Positions 19,591 through 27,350 of a DNA stretch of 32,000 nucleotides are shown in pieces; positions within the stretch are counted from its first letter, which is position 1, and each line of letters begins with the position of its first letter. A program made the translations under genes and the position numbers. The notes below the pieces were generated by a model. The model ran no database searches. It was not told the DNA's origin and saw nothing but the letters and a program-made list of their open reading frames with translations. Origin of the DNA: Acinetobacter wanghuae (GTDB lineage: Bacteria > Pseudomonadota > Gammaproteobacteria > Pseudomonadales > Moraxellaceae); the NCBI RefSeq assembly GCF_009557235.1, contig NZ_CP045650.1, forward strand, positions 630,001-662,000, given 5' to 3'.

Positions 19591-20181
19591 TTATGACGTC
19601 AATGCATTTGCATCGAGCGCCATAAAAGCTTCCTTGGCATCCTGCAGGGGAGGCAATTGGCCTAAACTATTTAAACCAAATGCATTTAAAAACTGAGGCG
19701 TTGTCACTAACAACGCAGGTCTTCCTGGGAGTTCACGAAAACCAGATTCTTTAATCCAGTTCGAGTCAAACAGCGTACGCAAAATTTGACTATTGTTCGT
19801 GACACCCCGAATTTGTTCAATGTCTGCTCGAGTGACAGGCTGGTGATAAGCAATCACGGCAAGCGTTTCAAGTAAAGATGGCGACAAACGCGTTGGACGT
19901 TCTGGCCATGTTTGTGCAATAATATTACGATATTTTGCACGTACTTGAAAACGAAAACCTTCTGCGGTTTCAACCAGTTCGATCGAGCGACCATGCATCA
20001 GCATCGACAATTGTTGTAAATACTGACGTAATTCTTGCTTGCTAAAACGATCCTGAAACGCTTCTTTTAAACGTGCAACAGATACAGCCGAATCACTAGC
20101 GAAAATAATCGCTTCAAGCTGCATCAAGATTTCGTGTAAATCTTCTGTTTGTGAAAGCAAATCAGGTTTTTCATTATTCAT
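19591..20181 (-). CDS. scpB: Segregation and condensation protein B
   Basis: LEAIIFAS..., ETLAVIAYHQPVTRADIEQIRGV and TTPQFLNAFGL are ScpB hallmarks. Its start overlaps the scpA stop (ATGA). Confidence 0.92.
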   Translation of the reverse strand: MNNEKPDLLSQTEDLHEILMQLEAIIFASDSAVSVARLKEAFQDRFSKQELRQYLQQLSMLMHGRSIELVETAEGFRFQVRAKYRNIIAQTWPERPTRLSPSLLETLAVIAYHQPVTRADIEQIRGVTNNSQILRTLFDSNWIKESGFRELPGRPALLVTTPQFLNAFGLNSLGQLPPLQDAKEAFMALDANALTS

Positions 20182-20972
20182 ACAGATGCTCCTCGTATTG
20201 CGAGCGGTGCTTCAATGCCTGTAGCAATAATCTGAATTTTTTGCTGGCGCGTGAGTTCTAACACTGCCATAAATGTAACCACTACACCCATGCGACCTTG
20301 GCGTGGGTTGAGTAGTGCATCAAAACTTAAAACAGCACCCGATTCAATGCGACTTTCGATATAAGAAATACGGTCTTCAAGCAAAACAGGCTCATGCTGT
20401 ACTTGATGAATAACGGGTTCAGGTCGGTTAAAAATACACAGCATTGCATCGCGGAGTAAATTTGCACTGTGAATTTCTTCTGATTGCGGCAGTGCACCTA
20501 AACTCACATTGGTTTCAAACGTATCTCGCTCTAAGATCGGCATTTGCCCAAGACGTTCAGCGGCTTGCTTGATTCTTAAATAAGTTTCAAGACGATCAAT
20601 TAGATCTTGTTTTGGATCTTTTTCAGTTGCTGAAATACTTTTGGGTTTTGGAAGTAGTAAACGCGATTTTAAATCGGCTAAGAGTGCCGCCATCACCATA
20701 TAATCTGCGGTCAATTCAATATTCAGGGATTTCATCGCATCCATATACGACAGATATTGCGAAGCAATCGGGGCAATATCGACTTGAAGCAAGTCAAAGC
20801 CATTTTTTTGAATGAGGTAAATGAGGAAGTCGAGTGGACCTTCGAAATGCTCTAATAAGATTTCAAACGCGGCCGGAGGAATATATAAATCCTCAGGAAT
20901 ATTATTTTGCCATTCATCCAAAACACGGATTTGCGGCATGTCTTCCATAGGATTATGGATGAGTTGATTCAT
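20178..20972 (-). CDS. scpA: Segregation and condensation protein A (kleisin)
   Basis: The motif FEGPLDFLIYLIQKNGFDLLQVDIAPIASQYLSYM is present. It lies upstream of scpB. Confidence 0.92.
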   Translation of the reverse strand: MNQLIHNPMEDMPQIRVLDEWQNNIPEDLYIPPAAFEILLEHFEGPLDFLIYLIQKNGFDLLQVDIAPIASQYLSYMDAMKSLNIELTADYMVMAALLADLKSRLLLPKPKSISATEKDPKQDLIDRLETYLRIKQAAERLGQMPILERDTFETNVSLGALPQSEEIHSANLLRDAMLCIFNRPEPVIHQVQHEPVLLEDRISYIESRIESGAVLSFDALLNPRQGRMGVVVTFMAVLELTRQQKIQIIATGIEAPLAIRGASV

Positions 20973-21274
20973 TGCAGTTATAAGCCACGCGAATTTTCAA
21001 AGGCATGAAAGGCTTTATCTTCGATCTCACATCGAAAAGACAAGCAGGAAATTAATGTATCTAAGTGTAAATGAAAACGCACTTTAAATAAATTGCTTAT
21101 GTACTGAAATATGTAAAAACCTGAGATTCTGTAGGGAATTTGCTGAAAATTCCCTGAATTTAGTCATGATAGTCAAAAGTAAGTCATGAAATAAAACGTC
21201 TTATTGAAGAAATTGTTTCCTGCTCGTGCATATACGTATCTTGATCTCGGCTTAAAAGATATGAATTGAATAGG

Positions 21275-21892
21275 CTATTCAAACGCACTGACATCGCCCA
21301 CACCCCGACGAATCACTTCAGGATGATCACCGGATAAATCGACAATAGACGTCGTATTTAATGTACCCAAGCCACTATCAATGAAGACATCAATGCGTTT
21401 AGCAAGTTGCATTTCAATCTCGTAAGGGTCATCGAGCGGATCATGTTGGTCGGGTAAAATTAAAGTGGACGTCAGTAGCGGTTCACCGAGTTCCTTTAAT
21501 AGCATTTGACACACGGGGTTGTTGGGAATACGTAGACCAATGGTTTTCTTTTTCGGATGCATTAAACGTTTTGGTACTTCGCTTGTGGCAGGCAAAATAA
21601 AAGTCGTCACCGCAGGCGTATTGTTCTTTAACAGGCGATACATCGCATTATCGACTTTGGCATAAGTCGCAATATCGGATAAATCACAACATAGAATGGC
21701 ATATTGATGCTTCGGACCGAGTCCTCGAATTTGCGCAATCCGTTCCATCGCACTTTTATTTCCAATTTGACAGCCTATGGCGTAAGCCGCATCGGTGGGA
21801 TAAACCACAACATCGCCAGCGCGGATTCGTTCCACCGCTTGAGTGATTAAACGTGGTTGAGGATTGTCAGGATGTACTCTTAAATGCAGCAT
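21275..21892 (-). CDS. yciO: YciO-type Sua5/YrdC/TsaC-family protein
   Basis: It is collinear with E. coli YciO from memory: HPDNPQPRLI, VVYPTDAAYAIGC, MYRLLKNNTPAVTTFIL. The ATG at 21892 is preceded by AGGAG at 7 nt. The track start at 21913 adds 7 residues. Confidence 0.88.
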   Translation of the reverse strand: MLHLRVHPDNPQPRLITQAVERIRAGDVVVYPTDAAYAIGCQIGNKSAMERIAQIRGLGPKHQYAILCCDLSDIATYAKVDNAMYRLLKNNTPAVTTFILPATSEVPKRLMHPKKKTIGLRIPNNPVCQMLLKELGEPLLTSTLILPDQHDPLDDPYEIEMQLAKRIDVFIDSGLGTLNTTSIVDLSGDHPEVIRRGVGDVSAFE

Positions 21893-22334
21893 TATTATTC
21901 TCCTGATTTTCATGTGATATGACTTATGGTATTGAAATCAGAACGGATAAAACACCTTTATTTGTAATTTTTTGAATATTTACAGTGACTTTAGTGCAAT
22001 TTTTTAAGGTTGAGAAAATGTTTTGATCGCTCATGCAAAAGTAGATCTATAAGGACTAAAACGATGATCAATATTTAGGGCATCTTTAATCTAGATCTAA
22101 TGATCAGTATTGTTCAGAGTCACGCATTAAATGTCGACTTACTTAAAATGAATAATACACGAGAAGATGAAACGCTTAATCAAGACGCAACATCTTCTCG
22201 GCTAAAACCAAGACTCACATTTAACGCTATGCTCAATCTTCGGTTTGAAATTGCTGTTGATCTCATCTAGTCAGATCTTTCAAACGCTCTGGATAGCGAG
22301 ATGATCAATGTGCTTAAAACTAATCGAAGTGATT

Positions 22335-23000
22335 TTAAGCATCTAAATCTTTTCGATTGAACTCATCAGGTTGTAATGTTTTGCCATTACGTAGGCATAT
22401 ACAGATGCAATCAATGAAGCGTTTTGCATCGCGTGGCAGCTTGGCTTCACCGTTAAAATACCGTTGAACTTGGGCATAAACGTTGTCTTTAAAAATAGAG
22501 CCATCACCGCCATCGCCGGTTAAATTGTCCAATGAGACACGAAATTTATGCCCGAAAGCTTTGGAAAATAACCATTCAATGGCTTGGGGTTTAATTTCAA
22601 CTTGCTCAAATAAGGCTTGTTGTTCGGCTGTACGTCCGTCAGGCGCATACCAATAACCTAGGTCGGGAAGGGTGCGACGTTGCTCACCTGCAATGGTCCA
22701 GTGGCTAATTTCATGCAGTGCACTATTAAAGAAACCATGCGCAAATTGTATACGTGCAGGGACATGATCTGTCGCTGGGAAGTATTCAGGTTCGAAGTCG
22801 CCACGGACTAATGTGACATTCAGATGGGAAAACCAATGATTAAAGTGTAAGATGAGCCAATCGACTTGAGCTGCTTCTGCTAACAAATTCGGCCACGGTG
22901 AGAGTTGCACTTGCCGAGATGAGCTGTCAGAATCAGCGCTTGAAAGTGTGCTAACGAGTGATGAAACATTCACTTCTGTTTGCGGCTGCAACAGATGCAT
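22335..23000 (-). CDS. epmC: Elongation factor P hydroxylase (EpmC/YfcM family)
   Basis: The core FAHGFFNSALHEISHWTIAGEQRR...GYWYAPDGR...VEIKPQAIEWLF aligns with E. coli EpmC from memory. The start is uncertain. The track uses a TTG at 23039, the first ATG is at 23000, and homology begins only around 22880. Confidence 0.8.
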   Translation of the reverse strand: MHLLQPQTEVNVSSLVSTLSSADSDSSSRQVQLSPWPNLLAEAAQVDWLILHFNHWFSHLNVTLVRGDFEPEYFPATDHVPARIQFAHGFFNSALHEISHWTIAGEQRRTLPDLGYWYAPDGRTAEQQALFEQVEIKPQAIEWLFSKAFGHKFRVSLDNLTGDGGDGSIFKDNVYAQVQRYFNGEAKLPRDAKRFIDCICICLRNGKTLQPDEFNRKDLDA

Positions 23001-23055
23001 ATCTTGTTTTACCCAAATGGACTGTCTAAATAAGTGCAAAATTGTATCTTAATCT

Positions 23056-23084
23056 TTGACAGAGTACTCATGAATTTGTAGAAT
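23056..23084 (+). promoter_or_regulatory. Sigma70-like promoter candidate for yceD-rpmF (TTGACA-17-TAGAAT)
   Basis: The -35 is at 23056-23061, the spacer is 17 nt, and the -10 is at 23079-23084. The -10 ends only 13 nt before the yceD ATG. Confidence 0.45.
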
Positions 23085-23097
23085 TGCCGCCTTAATT

Positions 23098-23655
23098 ATG
23101 TCAGCAAATACCTTTCCGGCACAGATTGAGCCGTTTAAATGGGCTGAGCAGGGCTTTGTATGGTCAGGTCAACTGCCATTATCTCGCTTTGCTCGTATTG
23201 CTCGTGAAGCTATTGGATCAATTGATGATCAATTGATTAACGTAGACTGTAAGCTATCAATGGATGCCTATCATCGCGTTGTTTGGTTAGATGGTCATGT
23301 TGAAACGACAGTTCCAATGGAATGCCAACGTTGTTTGGGTCCTGTTGAAATTGAGCTTGTTTCAGATTTTCATCTGGCTCTTGTGGATGATGAGTCACTG
23401 ATAGAGCGCTTGGATGAGGATGCTGATTTCATCGTTTTAGGTGAAAGTGAAGCCACCACCAAAGGTTCATTCGATGCACCTGCGATGGCCGATTTACTCG
23501 CGCTGATAGAAGATGAATTGTTATTGTTGATGCCGTTGTCACCAAAACATGAGTTTTGTGTACATAAGCATCAGCCTGCTACTGAAGAACTGGTTGAAGA
23601 AAAACGGGATAATCCGTTTGATGTTTTGGCTGGTTTAAAGGGTAAACTTAACTAA
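23098..23655 (+). CDS. yceD: YceD (DUF177) large-subunit ribosomal RNA accumulation protein
   Basis: It has the CQRC...C..H Cys motif and a C-terminal NPFDVLAGLK. It lies directly upstream of rpmF, as in E. coli. Confidence 0.85.
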   Translation: MSANTFPAQIEPFKWAEQGFVWSGQLPLSRFARIAREAIGSIDDQLINVDCKLSMDAYHRVVWLDGHVETTVPMECQRCLGPVEIELVSDFHLALVDDESLIERLDEDADFIVLGESEATTKGSFDAPAMADLLALIEDELLLLMPLSPKHEFCVHKHQPATEELVEEKRDNPFDVLAGLKGKLN

Positions 23656-23732
23656 TTTTTGTGTTATACTCACACGTATAAGACAATCGAATTTGTTCTG
23701 ATCCATTTTTTCGATCTTTGTAAGGAGCCATC

Positions 23733-23915
23733 ATGGCCGTTCAGCAAAACCGTAAAAGTCGCTCTCGCCGTGACATGCGCCGTTCACATGACGCTTTAAC
23801 CGAGAATGCATTAACTGTAGACCAAGCTACTGGCGAGACTCACCGTCGTCACCACGTATCTAAAGATGGTATCTACCGTGGTCGTCAATTATTCGCTAAA
23901 GCATCTGCTGAATAA
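23733..23915 (+). CDS. rpmF: 50S ribosomal protein L32
   Basis: [22 protein letters not shown] is the canonical L32 N-terminus. AAGGAG lies upstream of the start. Confidence 0.97.
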   Translation: MAVQQNRKSRSRRDMRRSHDALTENALTVDQATGETHRRHHVSKDGIYRGRQLFAKASAE

Positions 23916-23953
23916 TTTTCGATGTATTAAGCGTCAAGCTTAGTAGAAAAAAT

Positions 23954-23977
23954 GGGAGCGTTAAGCTCCCTTTTTTT
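23954..23977 (+). terminator. Intrinsic terminator after rpmF
   Basis: The hairpin is gggagc-gttaa-gctccc, followed by T7. Confidence 0.85.
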
Positions 23978-24118
23978 GTTTGCAATATTTGTTCTTTTTG
24001 GCAATTACTCAAACCGAAATTACATGCTAAATTGCGCCCCATACTGAGTTAGCGAATTTTATATGCTGATTTTTTGGCATAATAAAAAGTAAATGACTCG
24101 CGATGAAAAGGATGAACG

Positions 24119-25105
24119 ATGTCTGCTCAACAACTTGAACAAATTGCTCAAGCAACGAAAACAGCATTTGTGTTCCCGGGTCAGGGATCGCAAAAAGTCG
24201 GCATGCTGGCTGACCTTGCAGAAGAATTTAGCAGTATCCGTGCAACATTTGCAGAAGCATCTGAAGCAGTCGGTTTTGATCTTTGGCACATTGCACAAAG
24301 TGGTGAAGGTTTAGATCAAACAGAATTTACGCAACCCGTGTTGCTAACCGCAAGTATCGCCTTATGGCGCGTGTGGTTAGAACTTGGTGGTGTTAAGCCA
24401 AAATATATGGCAGGTCATTCACTGGGTGAATACAGTGCATTAGTGGCTGCGGGCAGCTTAAGCCTTGGCGATGCTGTTAAATTGGTAAACTTGCGTGGCA
24501 AGTTTATGCAAGATGCTGTGCCACAAGGTGTGGGTGCAATGGCAGCGATTTTGGGCTTAGATGATGACAAGGTGATTGAGCTTTGTGCCCAAGCAACCGA
24601 AGCCGCCGAAGGTTCGGTTGAGGCTGCAAATTACAATGCCAAAGGGCAAGTTGTGGTTGCAGGCAATAAAGACCGTGTTGAAGCAGTGATGGCACTTGCA
24701 AAAGAAAATGGTGGTAAAGCCATTGCATTGCCTGTCTCTGTACCTTCGCATTGTTCACTTATGAAACCTGCGGCTGAACAGTTTGCAAGCGCTTTGGCAC
24801 AAACTGCCATTGAGCTCCCCCATGTTGCTGTATTACAAAATGTGAGTGCGGAAGCAGCTGCAGATGTAAATACATTGCGTGATGCTTTAACTGCACAATT
24901 GTATCAATCTGTGCAATGGACCAAAACCTTGCAGTTCCTGCAAGATGAAGGTGTTGAATACATCGTGGAATGTGGTCCGGGCAATGTATTGAGTAATTTA
25001 GCAAAACGATTACCGAATATCGAAAAAGCACTTCCTTTAGATACGAAATCTCGTATGGAAGATGCCTTGAATGTTGTCTTGGTGGCAGAAGGGAAAATTG
25101 CATGA
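24119..25105 (+). CDS. fabD: Malonyl-CoA--ACP transacylase
   Basis: The motifs FPGQGSQKVGM and GHSLGEYSAL (active-site Ser) are present. Confidence 0.95.
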   Translation: MSAQQLEQIAQATKTAFVFPGQGSQKVGMLADLAEEFSSIRATFAEASEAVGFDLWHIAQSGEGLDQTEFTQPVLLTASIALWRVWLELGGVKPKYMAGHSLGEYSALVAAGSLSLGDAVKLVNLRGKFMQDAVPQGVGAMAAILGLDDDKVIELCAQATEAAEGSVEAANYNAKGQVVVAGNKDRVEAVMALAKENGGKAIALPVSVPSHCSLMKPAAEQFASALAQTAIELPHVAVLQNVSAEAAADVNTLRDALTAQLYQSVQWTKTLQFLQDEGVEYIVECGPGNVLSNLAKRLPNIEKALPLDTKSRMEDALNVVLVAEGKIA

Positions 25106-25836
25106 CACAGGAACGTAAAGTTGCCTTAGTAACAGGTGCAAGTCGTGGTATTGGTGCCGCGATTGCAGCGCAACTTATTCAAGATGGTTATTTTGTCGTG
25201 GGTACTGCGACATCTGAAGCGGGTGCGACCAAACTGTCTGAACAGTTTGCTGAAAATGGCGCAGGTCGTGTTTTAGATGTGCGTGATGCAACGGCAATTG
25301 ATGCCTTAGTGACAGATATTGAGCAAAACTTCGGTCCGGTTCTTGCGTTGGTCAATAATGCCGGCATCACCAAAGATAATTTATTGCTGCGTATGTCAGA
25401 AGATGACTGGGATGATATCCTGAACATTCATCTGAAAGCGGTTTACCGCTTGTCTAAGCGTGTGCTCAAAGGCATGACGAGAGCGCGTTTTGGACGTATT
25501 ATTAATATCAGTTCTGTGGTTGCGCATTTTGCCAATCCGGGGCAGGCGAACTATTCTGCTGCGAAAGCCGGAATCGAAGCCTTTGGTCGTAGCCTAGCGA
25601 AAGAAATGGGCAGCCGCCAAATTACAGTCAATGCCGTTGCGCCAGGTTTCATCGCAACGGAAATGACTGAACAGTTGAGTGAAGACATTCGTAAGAAAAT
25701 GAGTGATCAAGTGGCGTTGAACCGTTTGGGCGACCCACAAGATATCGCGAATGCTGTAAGTTTCTTGGCATCAGACAAAGCCAGTTACATTACAGGTACA
25801 GTAATTCATGTAAATGGTGGTTTATACATGAGCTAA
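25102..25836 (+). CDS. fabG: 3-oxoacyl-ACP reductase
   Basis: The SDR motifs TGASRGIGAAIA, NNAGI and YSAAKAG are present. The start overlaps the fabD stop (ATGA). Confidence 0.93.
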   Translation: MTQERKVALVTGASRGIGAAIAAQLIQDGYFVVGTATSEAGATKLSEQFAENGAGRVLDVRDATAIDALVTDIEQNFGPVLALVNNAGITKDNLLLRMSEDDWDDILNIHLKAVYRLSKRVLKGMTRARFGRIINISSVVAHFANPGQANYSAAKAGIEAFGRSLAKEMGSRQITVNAVAPGFIATEMTEQLSEDIRKKMSDQVALNRLGDPQDIANAVSFLASDKASYITGTVIHVNGGLYMS

Positions 25837-25921
25837 ACAGCCCAAGTATAAACTTTCCAAAATTTTTAGATTCAATTAAACTAACGGCATTAAAACGCCA
25901 CAAGCAATGAGGAGAATTCCT

Positions 25922-26158
25922 GTGAGCGATATCGAACAACGTGTTAAACAAGCGGTTGCAGAACAACTTGGTATCAAAATCGAAGAAATCAAAAACGAAG
26001 CATCTTTCATGGATGACTTAGGTGCTGACTCTTTAGACCTTGTTGAGCTTGTTATGTCTTTCGAAAACGACTTCGACATCACTATTCCAGATGAAGATTC
26101 TAACGAAATCACAACTGTTCAATCTGCGATTGACTATGTTTCTAAGAAACTTGGTTAA
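25922..26158 (+). CDS. acpP: Acyl carrier protein
   Basis: The [14 protein letters not shown] phosphopantetheine-attachment motif is present. The GTG start at 25922 gives the usual (M)SDIEQRVK N-terminus, with GAGGAG 7 nt upstream. Confidence 0.95.
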   Translation: MSDIEQRVKQAVAEQLGIKIEEIKNEASFMDDLGADSLDLVELVMSFENDFDITIPDEDSNEITTVQSAIDYVSKKLG

Positions 26159-26189
26159 TGGTTGATTTTCAGCTTTGCTGAACAAAGAG

Positions 26190-26210
26190 CCACCTTCGGG
26201 TGGTTTTTTT
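26190..26210 (+). terminator. Intrinsic terminator after acpP
   Basis: The hairpin is ccacc-ttcg-ggtgg, followed by T7. Confidence 0.85.
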
Positions 26211-26335
26211 GCGCCTATAAAATCTTCTTTTTACATTCCTTTACCTTTTCATCACCAATCAGTAACTTAAGAACGGTATTTATTGGTTATAAAAATAAGA
26301 CAAATTTTAATCATAAAATTATAACGGAGTAACAC

Positions 26336-26821
26336 ATGGGTCTTTTTGATTTTGTAAAAGGTATTGGTAAAAAAAATACAGCAGCACCAGAGCCACAAGC
26401 AGCACCAACCACACCACAAGCAACGCCTGTAGAGCCTTCAGCGCAAGAAGTTGCCAATAAGCTACTCGGTCATGTTAAAAGCTTAGGGCTGCCGATTACA
26501 GGGCTTTCTGTAAGCTATAACGGTGCATCAGATTTAGCGACCGTTAAGGGTCAGGTGCAAAGTCAGGCAGATCGCGAAAAAATTATTTTAGCAGTGGGTA
26601 ATATTGATCATGTGGCAAAAGTCGATGATCAATTGACTGTTTCAAGCCCTGAGCCAGAAAGTAAATTCTATACGGTGAAATCAGGGGATAATTTGTCTAA
26701 AATTTCCAAAGAATTTTATGGCGATGCTAATCAATACAATAAGATTTTTGAGGCGAATCGTCCATTATTGAAAAATGCGGATGATATTTTCCCGGGTCAG
26801 GTGTTGCGTATTCCTGCATAA
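26336..26821 (+). CDS. kbp: BON + LysM domain potassium-binding protein (Kbp/YgaU-like)
   Basis: It matches E. coli YgaU from memory at both ends: MGLFDFVK... at the N-terminus and FYTVKSGDNLSKISKEFYGDANQYNKIFEANRPLLKNADDIFPGQVLRIP at the C-terminus. Confidence 0.8.
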   Translation: MGLFDFVKGIGKKNTAAPEPQAAPTTPQATPVEPSAQEVANKLLGHVKSLGLPITGLSVSYNGASDLATVKGQVQSQADREKIILAVGNIDHVAKVDDQLTVSSPEPESKFYTVKSGDNLSKISKEFYGDANQYNKIFEANRPLLKNADDIFPGQVLRIPA

Positions 26822-26833
26822 ATATGCTGAATA

Positions 26834-26860
26834 AAAAAGCCATCATTTGATGGCTTTTTT
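26834..26860. terminator. Bidirectional terminator between convergent kbp and hemJ
   Basis: The sequence is aaaaaagccatc-attt-gatggctttttt. Confidence 0.8.
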
Positions 26861-26874
26861 CATGGATGAAATAA

Positions 26875-27327
26875 TTAGAAAGTAGGTTTAACCACCACTA
26901 AAATAACCACTGCAAATAAAATCAGTGTTGGCATTTCATTAAAGTAACGCCAAAACTTATGTGATTTGTAATGCGCATTTTCCATGAGTTTTTTACGATA
27001 ATGACCGCAAACAAAATGGTAAATCACTAGCAGTCCTACTAAGCCGACTTTGAGATAAAACCATACTGCTTCGTGGTAATGCCGAGTCGCATCGCCCCAA
27101 TCCACTAAAAAGTGCGCGGTGATGAGTGTTGCCACCATCGCAGGCCACATAATACCGCGGTAAAGTTTGCGTTCCATAATTTGGAAGCGCTGGTGGCTGA
27201 TCGTATCGTCACTCATGGCGTGGTACACAAAAAGCCGAGGAAGATAAAATAATGCAGCGAACCAGCACACCACAGCAATAATATGTAATGCTTTTACCCA
27301 AAGGAAAGCATCTGAAGGAGCATCCAT
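26875..27327 (-). CDS. hemJ: Protoporphyrinogen IX oxidase HemJ
   Basis: WVKALHIIAVVCWFAALFYLPRLFVYH is the HemJ (UPF0093) signature. It is a small four-TM protein of about 150 aa. Confidence 0.8.
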   Translation of the reverse strand: MDAPSDAFLWVKALHIIAVVCWFAALFYLPRLFVYHAMSDDTISHQRFQIMERKLYRGIMWPAMVATLITAHFLVDWGDATRHYHEAVWFYLKVGLVGLLVIYHFVCGHYRKKLMENAHYKSHKFWRYFNEMPTLILFAVVILVVVKPTF

Positions 27328-27350
27328 TAAGTCACCCTAAAATGGGCGGC

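Noticed and set aside
22100-22270. A 56-codon plus-strand ORF in the epmC-yciO spacer as a real small protein.
   Set aside because: It has no Shine-Dalgarno, no hydrophobic or Cys-rich signature, and it spans a 10-bp perfect hairpin. It is kept only as a note within the spacer finding.
24059-24314. ORFs 24059-24298(-) and 24093-24314(+) in the rpmF-fabD gap, a possible plsX or fabH remnant.
   Set aside because: Their translations show no PlsX or FabH motifs, and both overlap the fabD start. The gap is more simply the fabD promoter and leader.
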